NCBI GenBank assembly: GCA_944358895.1
Contig: CALVSB010000002.1
Coordinates: 2,969-66,968, forward strand
Direction: 5' to 3'
Source of the DNA: an uncultured Bacilli bacterium
GTDB lineage: Bacteria; Bacillota_I; Bacilli_A; RFN20; CAG-826
Length of the DNA stretch: 64,000 bases
The notes beneath the pieces were generated by a model. The model saw nothing but the letters and a program-made list of their open reading frames with translations. It was not told where the DNA came from and did not search any database. The translations under genes and the position numbers were made by a program. This document shows positions 36,061-43,450 of this stretch, one piece after another; position 1 is the first letter of the stretch, and every line of letters begins with the position of its first letter.

Positions 36061-36735
36061 TCACTCCTCCTTGTAGGTTTTGACGAGCCCCAATAGATAG
36101 GTGGCTAGGTCGTCGATTCCTTCGCCCGTCTTGGCCGAAACCGGGAAGAAGCGGGCCTTGGAATTGAGGCGCAGGATGTTTTCCTTTGCCTGGTCGATGG
36201 AGAAATCGAAATATGGCAAGGTGTCGATCTTCGAAAAGACGAAAGTCGAGCAGACCTTGAACATCAAGGGATATTTGAGGGGCTTGTCGTCGCCCTCGGG
36301 AACGGAAAGGATGTTAAGACTGGAGACAGCACCGGTGTCGAATTCGGCTGGGCAGACTAGGTTGCCGACGTTCTCGAGGATGACGAGGTCGAAGCCTTCG
36401 ATCCCGAGGCCATCGAGACCCTCCTTCGTCATTTCGGCATCGAGGTGGCAGGCTCCGTTGGTGTGGAGCTGGATCGTTTTGACCCCGGTTTTCTCGCTGA
36501 TGGTCTCGGCGTCGAGGGCTCCGTCGATGTCCGCTTCCATCACCGCAATCTTAATTTGGTCCTTGAGCTTATTGATCAAAGAGACGAGGAGGGTGGTCTT
36601 ACCGCTGCCGGGAGAGGACATGACGTTGAGTAAATAGACGCCTTTCCCTTTTAGGAAGTTACGAAGTTCCTCGGCCCGCTTTTCGTTATGGGAAAAAACG
36701 GATTCCTTGACGCTGATAACCTTGAACTTATCCAT
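36061..36735 (-). CDS. hypB: nickel metallochaperone GTPase HypB
   Basis: SSPGSGKTTLL P-loop and ENVGNLVCPAEFD, a HypB/UreG-type motif. 224 aa. Lies 3 nt upstream of the oxidoreductase start. Confidence 0.85.
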   Translation of the reverse strand: MDKFKVISVKESVFSHNEKRAEELRNFLKGKGVYLLNVMSSPGSGKTTLLVSLINKLKDQIKIAVMEADIDGALDAETISEKTGVKTIQLHTNGACHLDAEMTKEGLDGLGIEGFDLVILENVGNLVCPAEFDTGAVSSLNILSVPEGDDKPLKYPLMFKVCSTFVFSKIDTLPYFDFSIDQAKENILRLNSKARFFPVSAKTGEGIDDLATYLLGLVKTYKEE

Positions 36736-36816
36736 ATGTATGCTCTTTCATTGTAGGGCAACGGGGTTATAAAGGCCACCTGATAAAGGCAGCCGGAATG
36801 GGCATCAAAATAGCGG

Positions 36817-37455
36817 TCAATCGGTAAGTTCGTCGACGAAACGATAAGCCGACAAATAGTCGTCAAAGACGACTACTTTCGGGGCAGCGCCTTTTCCTTT
36901 GACCATGAATAGGTGGCTCGGGCGGCCGTTGTGTTTCAAAAAGGTCTTTACAAAGTCGCCCCCGTAAGCCCCCGTCATGGAAAATGTATCGTCTTTTGTC
37001 ACGGCCACTTCCACGAAGCCGAAAGCTTCGCGGTAGAGTTTAGGAAGCGGCGACTTTTCCTTGTCACCGGCAATGATGCAAACGAGTTTCGTCGCTCTTT
37101 CTGCGGCGAAAGGCCCGATCATTCTCGCGAAGCCGCCCCATGGCTCGTTGGAGAATAGAGACATCATCCAACCGGTGCGACCGATGGCGAAGCCGGCTTT
37201 TCCATCATCCAAGAGAAAGCAATTCGCTTTTTCATAATCGTTGTCGGAGGCCGGAGCCAGAAAATCCCCGTGGAGAAGATACTCTCGGTTGATGGTGAGA
37301 GCTTCGGAAAAGGCCTTGCCGGCTACGAGGCGAAGCTCCTTTTTCCCCTCTGGCGTCAATAATTCGAGGAGAGACGGGCCCCTAGCCAAAGACTGGACGA
37401 TAGCCGCTTTCTCGGCGGGAAGGGCAGTTTTAACATGCCAGGCTCTGCTAATCAC
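36817..37455 (-). CDS. hypothetical protein (possible GNAT-like fold); start uncertain
   Basis: ORF 36817..37656 cannot use its first ATGs because they lie inside the TPP riboswitch and the thiT start on the other strand. GTG 37455 is the first plausible start. The core FAIGRTGWMMSLFSN...LYREAFGFVEVAV is acetyltransferase-like by eye only. Confidence 0.4.
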   Translation of the reverse strand: MISRAWHVKTALPAEKAAIVQSLARGPSLLELLTPEGKKELRLVAGKAFSEALTINREYLLHGDFLAPASDNDYEKANCFLLDDGKAGFAIGRTGWMMSLFSNEPWGGFARMIGPFAAERATKLVCIIAGDKEKSPLPKLYREAFGFVEVAVTKDDTFSMTGAYGGDFVKTFLKHNGRPSHLFMVKGKGAAPKVVVFDDYLSAYRFVDELTD

Positions 37456-37502
37456 GAAGCAATCATAACGGTATCTGTTGCTTTGGGAACGAAAGACACA
37501 AT

Positions 37503-37638
37503 AATATCGGTGCCCGGAGCTTCCCCTAGGAGGCTGAGAGGAGCCGATAATGGCGGCTCGACGGTACCTGATCCAGGCAATGCTGGCGGAGGTAACCCTT
37601 TTTATTTGGTAAGCCTCCCCACGAAAGGAGGCTTTTTG
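37503..37638 (+). promoter_or_regulatory. TPP (THI-box) riboswitch with terminator/RBS-sequestering expression platform
   Basis: Contains TCGGTGCCC, CTGAGA (37534-37539) and ACCTGATCCAGGCAATGCTGGCGGAGG, matching the conserved THI element core. It is followed by AGCCTCC-ccacgaaa-GGAGGCT plus TTTT (37612-37638). The 3-prime arm of that hairpin contains the AAGGAGG RBS of ATG 37640. Confidence 0.85.
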
Positions 37639-37639
37639 C

Positions 37640-38767
37640 ATGGAACATGTCGTCACCCCATCCGAAAAAAAGAAAGGCTTTGACTACGAAGGCTTCGTCA
37701 AGAAATGGCTTTGGCTCATTGCCATCGTCTTCGCGGCCATCGTCTTCATCGGCCTCGCCTTCCCCCAGTTCGAGGCCAACGCAATCGAAGTGACTGGCGG
37801 GCCGATCGTCGTCGACGGTGAAACGACGAGCGGATACACTTTCACCGCCCTCGACGAAGTCGAATATGGTTTCGGGGCCCTTTTTGCCAACGGCGGCAAC
37901 TGGATGGTCCTCTGGCTCTATTTCCTGCCGCTTATCTCGTTGATTTTGCTCATCATATCCCCGTTTTGCGGCAAATATTCGGCTTGGCTTTCCCTTACGG
38001 CAGCCATGACGAGCCTCGTCGCCGGCATTCTCTTCTTCATTTCGCCGACCCTCTTCGCTTATGGCGAATGCTGGCAAGCCATCGGTAACGACATTGCCCT
38101 CGATTGGGGCGACCCGGGCTTTATCTATCTAGACGCGGCGGCCCCGCAGTTCCTCCCGGGAACGATCGTCATCGCTTCCCTCTCCCTTCTATCCTCGCTC
38201 ATCAGCTTCTCACTTTCGACGAGCCTCGTCTCCATCAGCATCCGGGACATCTCGGAAATTGGCATTCTCTCGGCCCTCGCCATCGCCCTCCAGTTCATCA
38301 AGATCCAGGTCGGCGCTGACGGCGGATCGATCAACCTGGGCCTCGTCCCTCTTTGCATGATTGCCCTCCGGCACGGCCCGACCAAGGGATTCATCGCCGG
38401 TGGCCTTGTCTACGGCATCATCACCTGCCTCACCGACGGCTATGGTTTCCAGACCTACCCCTTCGACTACCTCATCGGCTTCGGCTCGGTGGCCGAGGTC
38501 GGCTTCTTCTCGAAGCTTGCCTTCAAGGGTGAAGAGGGATGGAACCCCCTCGGCTTCCTTTATGTCTTCATCGGCGTCGTTTTGGCCACGGCCGTCCGTC
38601 TCGTCGGCTCCACCATTTCCTCGATGGTCATCTATGGCTACGATCTCGTCGCGGCCCTCGCCTACAACGGGGTCTACATCCCGGTCACCGGTCTTGTCAC
38701 CCTCGTCTGCCTCGAGGCCCTCTACGTCCCGATTGCCAAGGTGAACAAAATATTCCCGGTCAAATAA
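37640..38767 (+). CDS. thiT: ECF-type thiamine transporter S component (ThiT-like) fused to an N-terminal membrane extension of about 190 aa
   Basis: The C-terminal 185 aa (IGILSALAIALQFIKIQVGADGGSINLGLVPLCMIALRHGPTKGFIAGGLVYG...) match the ThiT pattern. It is controlled by the TPP riboswitch. The N-terminal half has about four further TM segments. Confidence 0.65.
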   Translation: MEHVVTPSEKKKGFDYEGFVKKWLWLIAIVFAAIVFIGLAFPQFEANAIEVTGGPIVVDGETTSGYTFTALDEVEYGFGALFANGGNWMVLWLYFLPLISLILLIISPFCGKYSAWLSLTAAMTSLVAGILFFISPTLFAYGECWQAIGNDIALDWGDPGFIYLDAAAPQFLPGTIVIASLSLLSSLISFSLSTSLVSISIRDISEIGILSALAIALQFIKIQVGADGGSINLGLVPLCMIALRHGPTKGFIAGGLVYGIITCLTDGYGFQTYPFDYLIGFGSVAEVGFFSKLAFKGEEGWNPLGFLYVFIGVVLATAVRLVGSTISSMVIYGYDLVAALAYNGVYIPVTGLVTLVCLEALYVPIAKVNKIFPVK

Positions 38768-38857
38768 GAAAGTCAGAAAGATTCTCCTAAGGCTCCTGCC
38801 CATGCAAACTGGACCCCGTAATTCGGAGTCCAAAATAAAAGGGTTAAAAAGGAACGG

Positions 38858-38893
38858 CCTCCGGTTACACCAAAGGCACCGGAGGTTTTCTTT
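38858..38893 (+). terminator. rho-independent terminator after thiT
   Basis: CCTCCGGT-tacaccaaaggc-ACCGGAGG followed by TTTTCTTT. Confidence 0.75.
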
Positions 38894-39058
38894 ATGGCAA
38901 AAGGCGTCATCGACCCCAAGCTGGCCGAGGCCCTGAGGTCCAACCCCAACGTCCTCAGGGTCACGCCACGCGCCGTCGTCTTCGCGCCGTCGTCCATCGA
39001 GTACGCCCTGTCCCAGTACCTGAACGCCGGGAAGGCGAGGCTAGGCAGCGCTGCCTAG
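38894..39058 (+). pseudogene. 54-codon remnant resembling the N-terminal HTH repeat of an IS3-type transposase OrfA
   Basis: MAKGVIDPKLAEALRSNPNVLRVTPRAVVFAPSSIEYALSQYLNAGKARLGSAA. The NPxV..V....I.Y...F...Y..G pattern is recalled from IS3-family OrfA proteins. There is no RBS (the ATG abuts the thiT terminator) and no downstream transposase. The segment is visibly more GC-rich than its flanks. Confidence 0.3.
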
Positions 39059-39060
39059 CC
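39039..39060. repeat. 22-nt perfect palindrome GGCTAGGCAGCGCTGCCTAGCC
   Basis: Seen directly in the sequence. It overlaps the stop codon of the remnant ORF. Confidence 0.9.
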
Positions 39061-39266
39061 CGTTCGTGGATGTGAGCCCTTTTTGTTTTCCCCTTATAGG
39101 CTACTTGACATGGGGTCCGCTTCATCGAAAGCAATGACCTAATTTATAATTCCACGATGGTTTACATGCGAAAACGCTTAAAATAACAAACTTTTGCGAG
39201 AGTTTTCTCGATACTGTTTCCGCTTACTTCAAAGCCCCCTCTCCACCGAGAGGGCTTTTGACTACA

Positions 39267-40973
39267 ATGGAGGCCATGAATCTCCAAGCCATCTATCACG
39301 ACCCCGACTTCCCCTATGTCGATCCGGTCGACGTCCATCACCTCCGCTTCCTTTTGCGGGTTGCCCGCGGGGAGAAACTCGCCAAGGTCGTTCTCCATTA
39401 CGGCAACAAATATCTCTTCGAGCGCGGCCATCACGAAATCGAGATGAAGCTCGAGCGCTCGGATGCTCTTTTCGACTTCTATAGCTGCCTGGCTCCGCTC
39501 GATGACCAGCGGATCGGCTACCTCTTCGAAATCGTTTCGCCAGAAGGAACGGAATACTTCCTGACGGAAAAAGGCCTTTCGATCGGCTTTGACATGGCCG
39601 AGGCCTACAAATGGTATTTCCAATTCCCCTATGTCCACGAAAGCGACGTCGTCCACGTTCCCTCTTGGGTTCATAGCGCCGTTTTCTACCAGATTTTCCC
39701 CGAGCGTTTCCGCCTCGGGAACATCTACAAGGACAAGTCCTATATCAACGTCAAATGGGGCGGCAAGGTCGGCGTCGCATCCTTCGCCGGAGGCGACCTT
39801 CGGGGCATCATCGACTCCTTGGATTACATTCAGGGCCTCGGAGTGAACGCTATCTATCTCAACCCGATTTTCGCGGCCACGACCAACCACGCCTACGACA
39901 CGATGGATTATTTCCAGATCGAGCCGCGGTTCGGGACCGAGGCCGATTTGAAGGAACTGATCGAGAAACTCCATGCGCGCGGCATGCATCTCGTCCTCGA
40001 TGCCGTGTTCAATCACGTCTCCTACTTCTCGCCTTATTTCCAGGATGTCGTCCATAAAGGCGAGGAGTCGGAAAACGCTTCGCTTTTCATGCTCCACCCG
40101 GGAACCGGAAAGCCTGACATCAAGAAACGCAACTACGAGACATTTGCAAGCGCTGGCTACATGCCAAAGATCGACGTCAACAACGAGAAGGCAGCTGCCT
40201 ATCTCGAAAGCGTAGCCCTCCATTATCTGGAACTTGGAATCGACGGCTGGCGGTTCGATGTCGGTGACGAAATCTCCCATCGCTTCTTCAAGCGCCTCCG
40301 CCTCAAAATCAAGGAACGTTTCCCCGAAACCCTGCTCATCGGGGAAATCTGGCACCGCTCGGAGCCCTTCATGCGCGGGGACGAATTCGACGGGATCATG
40401 AACTATCCGCTTTACTACACCATCATCGACTATTTGGCTCTGAAGAAAATCGATACCAAAGAGACGGCCGACCGGCTCAACGGGATCTATTTGCTCTACC
40501 GCGAGAGCATGCTCCCAATGATGTACAACCTCATCGATAGCCACGACACGGCTCGTTTTTACACGGATTCGGGCAAGAATCTCGCGGCTCTTGAAAGTGG
40601 AATCGCCCTCATTTGCTTCAACCCGGGGATGACGTCCATCTTCTATGGCGATGAAATCCCGATGGAAGGCGACCGCGATCCCGATTGCCGCCGCTGCTTC
40701 CCTTACGAAGAGGCCGTCAAGGGCACGCCCCATCAGGAACTCGTCAAAAAACTCTTTGCCCTGCGGAAGGGCCGGGTTCTCTCCTATGGGTCTTTTGCTG
40801 CTTGCGAAAAGAACGGCCTTTTGGTCGTCGAACGGGAATTTGAAGGCCAGAAAGCCACTCTCTACATCAATGGAACATCATCAAAAATCGACGTGCCTTT
40901 TACGCCGGATATCTCTGCTTCCTTCGATGGCGCTGGCCTTTTGCCGAGCGGCTTTGCGATAAAAATCTCCTAA
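39267..40973 (+). CDS. GH13 alpha-amylase family enzyme (neopullulanase / cyclomaltodextrinase type)
   Basis: Conserved regions DAVFNHVS, GIDGWRFDVGDE, IGEIWH and LIDSHDTARF. N-terminal domain AIYHDPDFPYVD. The start is ambiguous (TTG 39258, ATG 39267 or ATG 39276). Confidence 0.85.
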   Translation: MEAMNLQAIYHDPDFPYVDPVDVHHLRFLLRVARGEKLAKVVLHYGNKYLFERGHHEIEMKLERSDALFDFYSCLAPLDDQRIGYLFEIVSPEGTEYFLTEKGLSIGFDMAEAYKWYFQFPYVHESDVVHVPSWVHSAVFYQIFPERFRLGNIYKDKSYINVKWGGKVGVASFAGGDLRGIIDSLDYIQGLGVNAIYLNPIFAATTNHAYDTMDYFQIEPRFGTEADLKELIEKLHARGMHLVLDAVFNHVSYFSPYFQDVVHKGEESENASLFMLHPGTGKPDIKKRNYETFASAGYMPKIDVNNEKAAAYLESVALHYLELGIDGWRFDVGDEISHRFFKRLRLKIKERFPETLLIGEIWHRSEPFMRGDEFDGIMNYPLYYTIIDYLALKKIDTKETADRLNGIYLLYRESMLPMMYNLIDSHDTARFYTDSGKNLAALESGIALICFNPGMTSIFYGDEIPMEGDRDPDCRRCFPYEEAVKGTPHQELVKKLFALRKGRVLSYGSFAACEKNGLLVVEREFEGQKATLYINGTSSKIDVPFTPDISASFDGAGLLPSGFAIKIS

Positions 40974-40981
40974 GCCGCCAA

Positions 40982-42391
40982 TCAATGAGGCCAAGGTCCT
41001 TCGTTGTAGACTTCGTGGACATCCTCAATGGAAGGGGGCTCCTCATAGAGCCCTCTTTTCTTGATCAAATAGAGGATAACCCCAATGGTAACGAAGGCCG
41101 AGGCCACACTGGTCAGAGGGAAGTTGAGCCAGATGCCCGACAGGTTGAGCGGATAAAGAATGCCGACCAGGACGAGAGGGAATACGAGGTTGTAGGCCAT
41201 TGAGATGATGAGCGAAGCCCCGGGCCTTTCGAGGGCCGAAACATAGCTTTGGCCCGAGTAGGAAATCCATCTCAGGAGGTAGGAGAATCCGAAGACAAGC
41301 AGGGCTTGCGAAGCTAGCTCAATCGCTTTTTCCGCGCCGGCTGTGCCACTGGAAGTGCTAAGGAAAACCTCGGCAATCGGGCCGGGCAGAGCTAGGCAAA
41401 GGGCAAAGGAAATCAAGCAAACAATCCCGGAGGCAAGGAAGCAGGAAACGCCAAGTTTCTTGACCCGGTCCATTTTCTTGGCCCCGTAGTTATAGCCAAT
41501 GGCGGGCTGAAGGGAATCGCACATCCCGTAAAGGAGGGAGAGGACGAAGCCGTCGACATACATCATGACCCCATAGGCGTTGATCGCGGCTTCTCCACCC
41601 ATCGAGAGAAGAAGCGTATTGAAGACAATCGAGGTAATGCGGCCGGCGATGTTGCTAAGGAAAGAAGGAAGACCGTTCCGCCCCATCGCCCAGGTTTCCC
41701 GCCACTCGAAACGGGGCTTTTGGAAGCGAAGGGGCAGTTTCTTAAGAAGGAAAGGCATGGCGCTTGAAAAGCTGCCGAGCGAAAAGGCAATGCAGCTAGC
41801 CAGTGCGGCCGACCATAAAGGCAGTCTAAGAGCAAACAAGAACAAGGCTTCGAGACCAATGATAAGGAGGGATGAAGCAACGTTGATCGACATGCTCGTC
41901 TTGATCTTTCCGCAGATCCGAAGGTAGTTGTCGAAAGCGAAGAAAAGGGCGGTTATAGGGAGGAAGGATGCATAAATCCGAAGGTACCACGAGGCCATTT
42001 CGAGAAGTTCGCCTTCCGCTCCCATGATTGAAATAAGCCAGGTGGCAGAGGAGGCAAAGAAGATTCCGAGGACGGCCGTAACCGCCAAAATCAAAAGAAC
42101 CGCGTTCGTAAAAAGGCGGTTGGCGTTCACAGCATCCTTCTTGCCAAGCCGTATGGAGATGAGAACAGCTGAGCCGACAGCGATCATGTCCGAGACAGCA
42201 AAGGAAGCAATGACAAAAGGAAAGGCTAAATTAACGGCTGCGAAAGCCGTTTGCCCGAGCGCTCGCGACACAAAAATGGCATCGATGAACTGGTAAATGA
42301 CCGAGGCAAACATCCCGATCGCACCCGGGATCGCAGCCATGAAAAAGAGCTTCGAGATTTTCGTCCGCTCGAAAAAGGCTTGGTCCTTCAA
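40982..42391 (-). CDS. MATE family efflux transporter
   Basis: 469 aa, about 12 TM segments. N-terminus KISKLFFMAAIPGAIGMFASVIYQFIDAIFVSRALGQTAFAAVNLAFP is typical of the MATE/NorM family. Confidence 0.8.
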   Translation of the reverse strand: MKDQAFFERTKISKLFFMAAIPGAIGMFASVIYQFIDAIFVSRALGQTAFAAVNLAFPFVIASFAVSDMIAVGSAVLISIRLGKKDAVNANRLFTNAVLLILAVTAVLGIFFASSATWLISIMGAEGELLEMASWYLRIYASFLPITALFFAFDNYLRICGKIKTSMSINVASSLLIIGLEALFLFALRLPLWSAALASCIAFSLGSFSSAMPFLLKKLPLRFQKPRFEWRETWAMGRNGLPSFLSNIAGRITSIVFNTLLLSMGGEAAINAYGVMMYVDGFVLSLLYGMCDSLQPAIGYNYGAKKMDRVKKLGVSCFLASGIVCLISFALCLALPGPIAEVFLSTSSGTAGAEKAIELASQALLVFGFSYLLRWISYSGQSYVSALERPGASLIISMAYNLVFPLVLVGILYPLNLSGIWLNFPLTSVASAFVTIGVILYLIKKRGLYEEPPSIEDVHEVYNEGPWPH

Positions 42392-42608
42392 CGTATCACC
42401 TCACAAAAACAGGAACTTTCCGAAAAAAGCCCGAGCAAGTGCTCTGGCTAAAGGTAGGGTAACATTTGCCAAAAAAGAGTCAAGTTTTCAGCCGGTTACA
42501 AGAGGAGATAGAAAACATATTTTTTCTTAGGAACTTCTATTTTAAGTATGTCTTCACATACTTTTTCCCATGTTTTGTTCGCTTTCGCTAACCTGCTATA
42601 ATCGAGGT

Positions 42609-43445
42609 ATGATAACTATAAGCTACTCTCCACTTGAGCAGATACTCGCCACCCGGGGCATATCAAAAGGCCAGTTAGCCCGCGGGGCTGACCTTTCAAA
42701 AGCAACCTTAGCCAAGATAGGAAACAATGAGCCTCTGTCCCTTGAGGTACTAGCTAGGATAGCTGTCTATCTCAATGAGTCGCTGGGTAGCCTAGTTTCC
42801 ATTACAGATAACAAGTCTCAAGGCTTTTCGTCCATTCTCTTAGACCCGGCCAATAAAGATTTTCGGAAGAGTCTCTTATCGTCTCTCGTCTATTCCGCGT
42901 CCTTGCTCTCCGGCTGCCGCTGGACGCTCAAGGAAATAGATTCCTATCTTTTCGGTCAGGCTGATCCGACGGTCTCTAAAGATGATTTCTCCGTTCTCGT
43001 GAGCCTTGCCAAAACAATTGCCGAAATCGTTGCCAAGCCACGCCAAACCTTTGACGCGATGCTCGTCAACGAAATCATGAGCCGCTTTCTATCTTATTCA
43101 GACACAAATGTAGATAAAGCAACTCGGAAGAAGCTGTCCCGTTTCGCCTTCAAATGGACTGCTGTTTCAAGCCTTTCGCCCGAAGAACAAGCCGCTTTCA
43201 TAGCCGATGCTGCCGAAGTGATAGGGAGCAACCCGGCCGTCTCGACCATTTCTTACATCCTGCTTTTGAAGCTCTGCCTGCTTTCAAATTCCTATGTGCC
43301 GCTCCTCAGCGAAGAATTGGTCGTCTACTTTTCCGATGGAATTGCTTCCTATCAAAGCGAACCGACTTACCTCATCGCGGCCATTGAATCGGGGATTGAG
43401 CAAACAAAAAGCCTCATGAAGAGGCATTTTGTCCCGCTTCTCTAA
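42609..43445 (+). CDS. XRE-type HTH protein with C-terminal Fic-like domain lacking the catalytic motif
   Basis: ORF 42570..43445 trimmed to ATG 42609, which lies 7 nt after a TATAAT box. HTH segment LATRGISKGQLARGADLSKATLAKIGNNEPLSLEVLARIAVYL. The Fic-like reading of the C-terminus is by eye (see findings). Confidence 0.6.
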   Translation: MITISYSPLEQILATRGISKGQLARGADLSKATLAKIGNNEPLSLEVLARIAVYLNESLGSLVSITDNKSQGFSSILLDPANKDFRKSLLSSLVYSASLLSGCRWTLKEIDSYLFGQADPTVSKDDFSVLVSLAKTIAEIVAKPRQTFDAMLVNEIMSRFLSYSDTNVDKATRKKLSRFAFKWTAVSSLSPEEQAAFIADAAEVIGSNPAVSTISYILLLKLCLLSNSYVPLLSEELVVYFSDGIASYQSEPTYLIAAIESGIEQTKSLMKRHFVPLL

Positions 43446-43450
43446 GAGAA

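Noticed and set aside
37456-37656. N-terminal 67 codons of ORF 36817-37656 (MTTCSMQKASFRGEAYQ...).
   Set aside because: This stretch is the reverse complement of the TPP riboswitch and the thiT start region. The sequence is explained by the riboswitch, so the gene must start further in.
38773-38997. 74-aa minus-strand ORF between thiT and the amylase gene.
   Set aside because: It spans the thiT terminator hairpin and is antisense to the transposase-like remnant. It has no RBS and a composition-driven translation.
39160-39200. Possible cre (CcpA) box TGCGAAAACGCTTA upstream of the GH13 gene.
   Set aside because: The central CG and flanking TG/CA positions do not line up with the TGWAANCGNTNWCA consensus.
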